Shown here: positions 57,696 to 64,000 of the stretch, in pieces
Layout: every line of letters begins with the position of its first letter
How positions within the stretch are numbered: the first letter of the stretch is position 1
IMG/VR virus record: IMGVR_UViG_3300032116_000065
Coordinates: 37,319 to 101,318 of that record
Direction: 5' to 3' (one strand)
Length of the DNA: 64,000 nt
Source of the DNA: a virus
Notes under the pieces: model-generated
Databases searched by the model: none
What the model was told of the DNA's origin: nothing
The model's input: only the letters and a program-made list of their open reading frames with translations
Translations under genes and position numbers: made by a program

Positions 57696-57920
57696 TTAAA
57701 ACGGCACTCCTTCACCCATCGGAATGGTATTCAGATCCTGCTGCGTCTTGCGATCACCAATCACCAAGAGCATATGACACGCACGCTCAAGTTTCTCAGC
57801 AAGATTATAACAATCCTTCGCACTCAGATCATACTGCGTCATCGTGTTCGCAAGAACATGATCAGCAGCATTCACCAAATCAATCGCTTCACTCAACAAT
57901 GTTTCTGTTTGCTTTTTCAT
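57696..57920 (-). CDS. Hypothetical early protein
   Basis: Start moved to ATG 57920. Confidence 0.55.
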   Translation of the reverse strand: MKKQTETLLSEAIDLVNAADHVLANTMTQYDLSAKDCYNLAEKLERACHMLLVIGDRKTQQDLNTIPMGEGVPF

Positions 57921-57921
57921 A

Positions 57922-58131
57922 TCAACCCCAGTCCTTGAAATTACCACTGGCTTGATTGTCCTGCCAGCCACGAATATATTCCTGACACTCTTCGAGAGTC
58001 ATTTCTGACTGCTGAATCTCATCAGATTTATAAGTGTCGCCCACGAAATAGTGCGGACGAAACGATCGCTGATAGTAACTGTCGGCAGAACCACGATCAT
58101 ACGGACTACCGTGACCACGATCAAGACGCAT
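57922..58131 (-). CDS. Conserved phage hypothetical protein
   Basis: HGSPYDRG.ADSYY.R...PH...EY..GW......G..KDWG; start ATG 58131, SD GAGGA. Confidence 0.65.
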   Translation of the reverse strand: MRLDRGHGSPYDRGSADSYYQRSFRPHYFVGDTYKSDEIQQSEMTLEECQEYIRGWQDNQASGNFKDWG

Positions 58132-58336
58132 TGTGCATTTCCTCATAAAGAACAAACGAAACTTCTTCGCGAACCGCAGTGTCGCTGGCTTCCTCGAAAC
58201 CTTTGACCTTGCTGAGTTTCTCCAACATCTGCAATACTTCTATCCAACAGATATCAAGCAGATGTGCTGTAGTAACAATATTGTGGACTGCAGCATTGCC
58301 TTCGTCCGTGAACATTCCATAGTAGGGAGTTTTCAT
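58121..58336 (-). CDS. Hypothetical early protein
   Basis: YGMFT..GN.AV...EA.DTAVRE. Confidence 0.6.
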   Translation of the reverse strand: MKTPYYGMFTDEGNAAVHNIVTTAHLLDICWIEVLQMLEKLSKVKGFEEASDTAVREEVSFVLYEEMHNAS

Positions 58337-58593
58337 TAGGCAATCACCTGCACGCGAGGCTCAACATTAGCGAGATCATCAAAGAAATGATTGCCAGGAA
58401 GCGGAGCGTAGAATTCTTCGCGCGGGAAGGAGAGATCAACCTTACCCTGCCAAACACGCTTGGCAGTCTCAGCGCAAAAAGTGCCGTTTTTATAAACGGC
58501 GACAACCACGCCAATGCGATAGCAATCATTATGACCAACGAAGTCAAGAGACTTGACGACGTCACCAATTTTCACAGTGTTTTCACATTTCAT
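58336..58593 (-). CDS. Hypothetical early protein (probably leaderless)
   Basis: ATG 58593 lies 6 nt after TATAAT; IGD.VKS.DF. Confidence 0.65.
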   Translation of the reverse strand: MKCENTVKIGDVVKSLDFVGHNDCYRIGVVVAVYKNGTFCAETAKRVWQGKVDLSFPREEFYAPLPGNHFFDDLANVEPRVQVIA

Positions 58594-58599
58594 AAGACT

Positions 58600-58661
58600 A
58601 TTATAACATTTCCTAGCGTAAAACACAACAGGAAAAAGTCGAATAAAATCAATAACTTACG
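58600..58661 (-). promoter_or_regulatory. Early promoter: IHF-consensus box + TTGTGT-N17-TATAAT
   Basis: TAAAATCAATAACTTACG at 58644-58661, 15 bp upstream of the -35. Confidence 0.8.
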
Positions 58662-58831
58662 AGCACCTCTCGGAAGGCTTCTTTGGCTTCCTCGAAGGAT
58701 GTATTTTCCAGGGAGATTTTGTTGCCTGTCGAACGACACTCGATTTCGTAACAGTAATTCCCTGTGTGCCAGAGCGTATGGCGATTGCCAAACTTGTCGT
58801 TTTGCGCATCGATGAAATGGTAGAATTTCAC
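58649..58831 (-). CDS. Hypothetical early protein
   Basis: 60-aa ORF coupled to the upstream gene. Confidence 0.55.
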   Translation of the reverse strand: MKFYHFIDAQNDKFGNRHTLWHTGNYCYEIECRSTGNKISLENTSFEEAKEAFREVLVSY

Positions 58832-59058
58832 TGCTGATCCTCCGTGGGATACGGACCTGTGTAATTGTCCCAGTTATCCATGATGTATTCTAGCACCTCA
58901 GACTGAAATGCGCCTAATTCACTGAGTGACGCATTGTCGTAGTCTGGGTCTGTTGGCCAGTCGAATCCGAGGCGCATTGCGTCGAATTTTAGACTTTTAA
59001 TTGAAGTGATTGTGGCTAACCTATACGCCGCTGGGTTTTTTTCAATTTCATGTATCAT
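58828..59058 (-). CDS. Hypothetical early protein (probably leaderless)
   Basis: ATG 6 nt after GATAAT. Confidence 0.6.
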   Translation of the reverse strand: MIHEIEKNPAAYRLATITSIKSLKFDAMRLGFDWPTDPDYDNASLSELGAFQSEVLEYIMDNWDNYTGPYPTEDQQ

Positions 59059-59064
59059 ACAACA

Positions 59065-59126
59065 ATTATCGTATAAAACACTCGAATTTACAACAGAAGA
59101 ATTTCTTGTAAAATCAATAACTTACG
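59065..59126 (-). promoter_or_regulatory. Early promoter: IHF-consensus box + TTGTAA-N17-GATAAT
   Basis: Identical 18-mer TAAAATCAATAACTTACG at 59109-59126 with the same 15-bp spacing. Confidence 0.8.
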
Positions 59127-59166
59127 TGCCCCCCGAGAGACCGAGGAGAGAGCCGAGAGAGCGGTC

Positions 59167-59658
59167 CTAGAATGGGGGTTCCCCTAGTTCTGGGGGCAGG
59201 TCGAAATAGCGTATTCGGACTCCTGCTTCACGCAGCATGGTTTCCGCGTGGTCGATCGAGTAATGCTTTCCAGCACCGACTCCTTTCCATGGACGATTCG
59301 GACCAATGACTTCCTTGATTCCTGCTTGGATCAATGCGCGTGTGCAATCAGCGCATGGCTTTGGTTCCCAGTTTAGATATGCTCTTGAGTTGTTGAGTGA
59401 AACACCAACTCGAGCAGCATTGAAGATTGCGTTTCTTTCTGCGTGTTCAACCCAGTGATACTTTTCTGGACGCTTCCAACGATCTTTCCAATCTTCTTCA
59501 ATGCCACGAGGAAAGCCATTAAAACCCGTCGACAAGATGACGTTATCATCATTGACGATTACACACCCCACCTTTGTCGACGGATCCTTGCTCTTCTGAG
59601 CGATCAGAGTAGCCTGTAAGATAAACAATTCATCCCACGATAGTTCATCACGAATCAT
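59167..59658 (-). CDS. cd: dCMP deaminase
   Basis: SKDPSTKVGC, GFNGFPRG, HAERNAI, PCADC. Confidence 0.92.
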   Translation of the reverse strand: MIRDELSWDELFILQATLIAQKSKDPSTKVGCVIVNDDNVILSTGFNGFPRGIEEDWKDRWKRPEKYHWVEHAERNAIFNAARVGVSLNNSRAYLNWEPKPCADCTRALIQAGIKEVIGPNRPWKGVGAGKHYSIDHAETMLREAGVRIRYFDLPPELGEPPF

Positions 59659-59675
59659 AATATAGTTCTCAATGG

Positions 59676-60116
59676 TTATTTGATTTCAATCTTACGAGGC
59701 TTCTGTTCGTCAGGAATGACATTTTCCAATTCAATGGAAAGAATGCCATCAGCAAGAGCAGCATCACGAACCACAATTGTATCAGACAAAACAAATTGAC
59801 GAGAGAACTTGCGACCAGCAATACCTTTTACAAGATAGTTGCGTTCGTCTGTTTCTGCCTTTTTGCCTGTTACCTTGAGAGAGTTTCTCTCACTAGTGAT
59901 TTCAATCTCATCTTGTTTGTAGCCAGCAACTGCCAATTCCAGAATAAAGTTGTAATCATCTTTCTTGATGACATTCACTGGAGGAAATGCAGTTTGAGTT
60001 GCTGTAAGTAGATGAGCCGCATTATCGAGAGCAGCGAACGAATTCTCAAACCCAAGAGCAGTCGGAAGAAGACGATCGAGTCCGTATGTGGATGCGAGTG
60101 TAGTGATATTAGTCAT
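59676..60116 (-). CDS. hsp20: Small heat-shock protein Hsp20 (IbpA-like)
   Basis: FPPVNVIK, ELAVAGY, KGIA.RKF.RQF.L, GIL.I.L. Confidence 0.92.
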   Translation of the reverse strand: MTNITTLASTYGLDRLLPTALGFENSFAALDNAAHLLTATQTAFPPVNVIKKDDYNFILELAVAGYKQDEIEITSERNSLKVTGKKAETDERNYLVKGIAGRKFSRQFVLSDTIVVRDAALADGILSIELENVIPDEQKPRKIEIK

Positions 60117-60121
60117 TTTGT

Positions 60122-60182
60122 AACTCCTTTAATAAGCAAGTTTATAGTTATGGACCCCAAATGGGCATCCAATTCTATTTAG
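60122..60182 (-). promoter_or_regulatory. Late promoter (CTAAATA) + two-hairpin leader with a ROSE-like SD-occluding stem
   Basis: UGGAUGCCC-AUUU-GGGGUCCA, then AACUU-G-CUU-AUUA-AAG-GAGUU (UUGCU opposite AGGAG with a bulged G). Confidence 0.7.
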
Positions 60183-60793
60183 CCAAAATTCGTTGGTCCG
60201 TCGACTTTCCAGTCCTCCATCGGAGGAGTTTCTGATGAAACGCCAGTTGAGCCAAATCCACCAGCACGCTCAGAGTGTTTTTCTGGACGTGTGTTACAAA
60301 CAGCAATATGGAATGGTTCGTTGCAGGCAATCTCGCCTTGAGCGATACGATCGCCTTTGCGAATTGTTGAATGCATCTTGGAAACGTTTGTTAAAAGCAC
60401 AAACACTTCTTCTTGATAATCAACGTCAACAATACCTTCACAGTTCGCTAGGATCAAACCTTTCTTGAGCGAAAGACCCGAGCGAGAATGCAAACGAATA
60501 CTGTGATTCTGCAATGGTAATTCTGGACGTGAGATATCTGCGTATGTTTCGATTGTTTTGCGATGATCGATTTTAAAGATCAATCCTGTTGGAATCAACA
60601 GACGATCTCCTGGATAAATTGAAATTTCTCCAAACGAATTAACTTGTCGTTCGATAGGTGAGTTAAATGAATCATATCCAGTTACAACATTACTTGTTGG
60701 CTGGAATGATAAATCAAAACAGTTTGCTAAAGTAGTTCCGTATGTTGGTAATTCTATATCATCACGAAGTCTATACACACTCAAATAAATCAT
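60179..60793 (-). CDS. dut: Trimeric dUTPase
   Basis: IPTGL, RSGLS, G.VD.DY, GDRIAQ, R.GGFGSTG; start ATG 60793. Confidence 0.92.
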   Translation of the reverse strand: MIYLSVYRLRDDIELPTYGTTLANCFDLSFQPTSNVVTGYDSFNSPIERQVNSFGEISIYPGDRLLIPTGLIFKIDHRKTIETYADISRPELPLQNHSIRLHSRSGLSLKKGLILANCEGIVDVDYQEEVFVLLTNVSKMHSTIRKGDRIAQGEIACNEPFHIAVCNTRPEKHSERAGGFGSTGVSSETPPMEDWKVDGPTNFG

Positions 60794-61191
60794 ACAGGAT
60801 CCTTTTTCTTTTTTCCGATTGTATACTTGGAAACCAACTGCCACTGATTCTTATCCTTGAATGGAAGAATCTTAATTTGGCTCAATGGTGCAACATTATC
60901 TTTTGTCTTGTCTGCATCAACCAACTTGACCAATCCCCACTCAGCCATTAGATTCGCAATTGTGTTACGACGCTGAATGTCGTTATCTGACATATTGGAT
61001 GGCTTACCGTCCAACTCAAAGAGTTCTTTGAAGTGTACGATATAATACTTTCCTTGTTTATGGAGGATATGGCAGGATTGATAAAGAATGTTATCGTTCT
61101 TTGCTGCGACTCCGATGCGTGTGAGTGTTTCACGAACTTTGAGGAAGTCGTCTTGTTTTTCTAATGTGACTTCTACTAATTTTTCGACCAT
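60790..61191 (-). CDS. regA: Translational repressor RegA
   Basis: DDFLKVRETLTRIG, LYQSCHILHKQG.YYIVHFKEL, RRN.IA.L..WGL. Confidence 0.95.
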   Translation of the reverse strand: MVEKLVEVTLEKQDDFLKVRETLTRIGVAAKNDNILYQSCHILHKQGKYYIVHFKELFELDGKPSNMSDNDIQRRNTIANLMAEWGLVKLVDADKTKDNVAPLSQIKILPFKDKNQWQLVSKYTIGKKKKDPV

Positions 61192-61193
61192 GG

Positions 61194-61574
61194 TCAATCA
61201 CCCTTATATAATTGTTTCTTCATCGCGGTGATCTGGTCGTCAGAAAGGATCTTTAATGCTTCCTCTGCTTTCGCATCGGAGTATCCATAGTATTCTTTAA
61301 CAACACTCAAATCACTACTTTGAGCCTTTTTATGCCATTTAGAGTATGGTCGCTTAGAGGCTCTAACAATATTTAGGAGAAAATCATATTTGAGTTTATT
61401 ATCGAGAGTCGTGTATCGATTCATTTCGTTCGCTAATAGAACGGTGTCTCTATGAAAAGAAAGAGCACGATTGACCATAAAAGATGAGTATGACTTTTCA
61501 TCCTGTTCTGTCAGAAGAGCATACTGCTTCGTCTGTAGAATAGACGGAATAATTTCTTTAAAGAGGTCAGCCAT
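61194..61574 (-). CDS. 62: Clamp loader small subunit (T4 gp62)
   Basis: FMVNR.LS...D...ANEMN...YDF....R..K...W.K...KEYYGYS; position upstream of regA. Confidence 0.9.
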   Translation of the reverse strand: MADLFKEIIPSILQTKQYALLTEQDEKSYSSFMVNRALSFHRDTVLLANEMNRYTTLDNKLKYDFLLNIVRASKRPYSKWHKKAQSSDLSVVKEYYGYSDAKAEEALKILSDDQITAMKKQLYKGD

Positions 61575-62370
61575 TGAAAGGTTCGCCTAATTGTGATTTT
61601 CTTTTACGCTGTTCTTCTGCATGCCGTTTTCTTCCTTCAATAAGTTTTTCAATTGCTTCTGGATGATTTTTAATATATTCTTTTCTATCGTAAGATCTCT
61701 TCACCAGCATTTCTGGATTATTCATATAATATTCTTTCATTGCAATAGAAGATTTTACTGCTCTATTTGTGTTATTTTTTGATGGGTGTTTTTCTGGATT
61801 ATTTTTATAATACTCTTTTTTTGCAGCAGATATTTCCTGTTTCTTTTCTGGATTATTTCTATAATATGCCTTCATTGAATTAGACATTTTATTGCGAACT
61901 TCGGGTCTTTTTGCGGGATTATTTTTACCAGAAAATAATTTTTGCATTTTCTCTTTATGCTTATTGGCAATACCAGGATTACGCATTGGATTACAATTTG
62001 GATCTTTTTTTAACCTTTCAGTTTGCGAAAAAGACAATTTACTGCGAACTTCTGTTCTTTTTGTTGGATTATTATCCCCAATAAAAGCATCAGACATTTT
62101 TTTTCTTAACCAACCATATAGTTTATTATTTCTAGATTCACCGATGGTCATCATGGATGCAGCATATAACAAACTATAATTTTCTGGATAAATTTTTAAT
62201 AGTAATTGATGGGCAACATAATGCTCTTCAGCAGTTAGATCTACCAGATTGGTCGGATCGTCATTTCCACCCATGCATCTTGGAATGATGTGGTGCGTCT
62301 CGCAATAACCCTCAAGCAATCTATTTTTTGCTCTGTTTATCAGAGCATCATAATGCTTTTGGTAGTTCAT
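61567..62370 (-). mobile_element. Free-standing HNH homing endonuclease with NUMOD-like repeats
   Basis: YCETHHIIPRCMGG.DD..NLV.LT.EEH..AH; G..NP.KR.EVR.K.S repeats; AT-rich; overlaps both flanking genes. Confidence 0.85.
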
Positions 62371-63302
62371 GAGAACTTGCACTCCACCATCATCTCTGTA
62401 AGACATGCGGTGAGGTTCAGTTCCTGATCTGCGACAAATGCTGATTGATATTGATACTTTGCGAGAATCAAAACTGCATTTGGAATCGTGGACTTATCCA
62501 TAACTTCATAAAGACTGTCATAGATCTTACGATAAATCTTCGCAGGATCGTCGCTACCAAAATCAGCAACCCACTTACGCATTGCACTGAAGTTTTGATC
62601 TTTGAGTGATGCAACCAATTCAGTCAATGAAACATCAGCAATACTGGAAAGAATCCCAGCATCAATCTTACCGCTGACAGAATATCTTTGGAGTTCGTTT
62701 AGAACACGACGATAGTCAGGGAAGTGCTTCTTGACAACTTCAGCCAGTACTGCTTTATCATACGGCACCTTTTCAGTTGCGAGGATTTCAGCAGCACGCT
62801 TCATAAACGCCATTGCCATCTTGGGTTTATCTTCCTTGCGTAGTTTGAATTCAATCACAGCGCAGCGAGAATGCAATGGCTCAATGATACGGTTCTTGTA
62901 GTTACAAGTCATGATGAAGGTGCAGTTATGCGCAAACTCTTCCATTGCAGCACGCATGGCTGGTTGAGTTGAGTTTGGATTTAGATAATCTGCTTCGTCG
63001 ATAATGATGACTTTTTTACCGCCACCAAGAGACATTGCACTCGCATAGTTCTTGATCTTTGTTCGAAACGTATCAATACCACTCTCATCCGACCCGTTGA
63101 TCATCAAATAGTCGCAACCAATCTCATCACACAGCGCTCTTGCAACTGTAGTCTTGCCAGTGCCAGGTCCACCGCAGAGAAGGAGATGAGGAATCTCCTT
63201 GCGATCTACATACGACTGAAAAGTGGACTTGTATTCCTCTGGAAGGATACAATCGGCAATAGTATGAGGACGGTATTTTTCAACCCACAATGCTTCAACC
63301 AT
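62367..63302 (-). CDS. 44: Clamp loader large subunit (T4 gp44)
   Basis: LWVEKYRP, GGPGTGKTT, IIDEADY, PLHSRC, FPDYRR. Confidence 0.95.
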   Translation of the reverse strand: MVEALWVEKYRPHTIADCILPEEYKSTFQSYVDRKEIPHLLLCGGPGTGKTTVARALCDEIGCDYLMINGSDESGIDTFRTKIKNYASAMSLGGGKKVIIIDEADYLNPNSTQPAMRAAMEEFAHNCTFIMTCNYKNRIIEPLHSRCAVIEFKLRKEDKPKMAMAFMKRAAEILATEKVPYDKAVLAEVVKKHFPDYRRVLNELQRYSVSGKIDAGILSSIADVSLTELVASLKDQNFSAMRKWVADFGSDDPAKIYRKIYDSLYEVMDKSTIPNAVLILAKYQYQSAFVADQELNLTACLTEMMVECKFS

Positions 63303-63318
63303 AATATAAAACTCCTTG

Positions 63319-63642
63319 TCACTCAGTCACTATTCTACGCCATTTACCGTTTGCATACAAGTACATTTCACCATCTGGTCCGACGGTCATACTTGCCTTT
63401 ACATGCTTTTGAGTTCCAGGGACAAACTGCGGTCCAAAATGGTACGTGTTAGGCTCGGTCGGACGCAGTTCGCCATACTCAGCACCAAGAGTTAGTTTAC
63501 CATTGTGACCATTGGATTCAATTTCCTTGATGGACTTTGTTTTTTCAGAATCTGGTAAAATGGCTGCGGCGGCAACAATGCCACCACCAGCAACGCCACC
63601 AGCAAGACCAAGATACTTGAAAAAATTACGTCTTGTTGCCAT
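63319..63642 (-). CDS. Small protein with twin-arginine (Tat) signal peptide
   Basis: MATRRNFFKYLGLAGGVAGGGIVAAA; start ATG 63642, SD GGAG. Confidence 0.65.
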   Translation of the reverse strand: MATRRNFFKYLGLAGGVAGGGIVAAAAILPDSEKTKSIKEIESNGHNGKLTLGAEYGELRPTEPNTYHFGPQFVPGTQKHVKASMTVGPDGEMYLYANGKWRRIVTE

Positions 63643-63793
63643 ACTTGTGCTCCCATACTGAATATGCAGCAACGAATAACACCAATAGAACTATTGGTGC
63701 TGATGCGGGAATCCACAAAAAGAAAGTATTTACTATGGCAAAGATTGCGAATACAAGAGCCACAATCAGTACTGATAGATCTGATTTATGCAT
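63626..63793 (-). CDS. 55-aa two-TM membrane protein
   Basis: Not in ORF track. MHKSDLSVLIVALVFAIFAIVNTFFLWIPASAPIVLLVLFVAAYSVWEHKYGNKT*; SD GGAG. Confidence 0.65.
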   Translation of the reverse strand: MHKSDLSVLIVALVFAIFAIVNTFFLWIPASAPIVLLVLFVAAYSVWEHKYGNKT

Positions 63794-63813
63794 AATATAA
63801 CTCCAGAGAGAGA

Positions 63814-63889
63814 ATGGGGTGGAGGAGGTGAACCCTCACGATGAGCAGTCTGGCGGATAGTACCGTCGGCAATGAGTGCCGCACCCCAT
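63814..63889 (-). ncRNA. Candidate 76-nt multi-branched structured RNA (cloverleaf-like, not a canonical tRNA)
   Basis: Closing stem AUGGGGUG/CACCCCAU, hairpins CGGCA-CUCAU-UGCCG, CGG-UACUAU-CCG and GAGG-GUUCA-CCUC; starts 6 nt after CTAAATA (63895-63901); GC-rich intergenic sequence. Confidence 0.6.
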
Positions 63890-63893
63890 AGTT

Positions 63894-64000
63894 TTATTTA
63901 GCCACGTTTTCGTAAATGGTCTGGAAGTCACTCTGCTCTGCAACTTCCTCTTCATAATTACGTTTGTGGTAGGTCCGCGCTAGTTTACGTCCCAACTTCT
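63894..64000 (-). CDS. C-terminus of a DsbA-like dsDNA-binding protein (partial)
   Basis: ...RKLARTYHKRNYEEEVAEQSDFQTIYENVAK* resembles the C-terminus of T4 DsbA. Confidence 0.55.
   Translation of the reverse strand, partial: KLGRKLARTYHKRNYEEEVAEQSDFQTIYENVAK

Noticed and set aside
63814-63889. tRNA or amber-suppressor tRNA (CUA in the middle loop, TTCA in the last loop)
   Set aside because: No canonical D-loop GG, the anticodon arm has only 3 firm pairs with a 6-nt loop, the T-loop is the wrong size and there is no CCA after a discriminator; kept as a novel ncRNA candidate instead.
63841-63891. Plus-strand micro-ORF MSSLADSTVGNECRTP behind GGAGG
   Set aside because: No plus-strand promoter evident and SD spacing is long; better explained as the mirror image of complementarity to the fibre leader.
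1-64000. Stop-codon reassignment
   Set aside because: Conserved genes are full length under the standard code, and TAA, TGA and TAG are all used as stops.

Overview
A 64-kb segment of a large T4-like (Tevenvirinae-type myovirus) lytic phage genome. The host is probably a Gram-negative proteobacterium (sigma70 promoters with IHF-consensus sites, a ROSE-like thermometer, a lipoprotein in the lysis cassette). Essentially all genes are on the minus strand. In transcription order (right to left): DsbA-like protein, a structured intergenic RNA, clamp loader gp44/gp62 with a free-standing HNH endonuclease between them, RegA, dUTPase, Hsp20, dCMP deaminase; a block of small early ORFs behind two leaderless sigma70 promoters; a glycosyltransferase/methyltransferase cluster; gp43 polymerase, UvsX, gp41 helicase; a dTDP-deoxysugar operon (rmlB, rmlA, rfbH-like, reductase); putative head-packaged, protease-processed polyproteins; a lysis cassette with a GH19+M15 endolysin; and about 28 kb of modular fibre/adhesin genes (collagen-like, heptad-repeat, glycine-rich, LamG, cupredoxin-like). 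Top observations: (1) a 76-nt structured intergenic RNA at 63814-63889 is complementary, in six collinear blocks, to the highly structured 5' leader of the 1180-aa fibre gene about 38.6 kb away, a candidate trans-acting riboregulator of fibre expression; (2) a repeated docking-peptide/adaptor/adhesin cassette system; (3) a possible phage-encoded virion glycosylation pathway matching an Asn-motif bias in the structural proteins; (4) polyproteins with capsid-targeting and protease-cleavage motifs that include ligase-, kinase- and nucleotidyltransferase-like modules. All family assignments come from motif recognition by eye, not from database searches.
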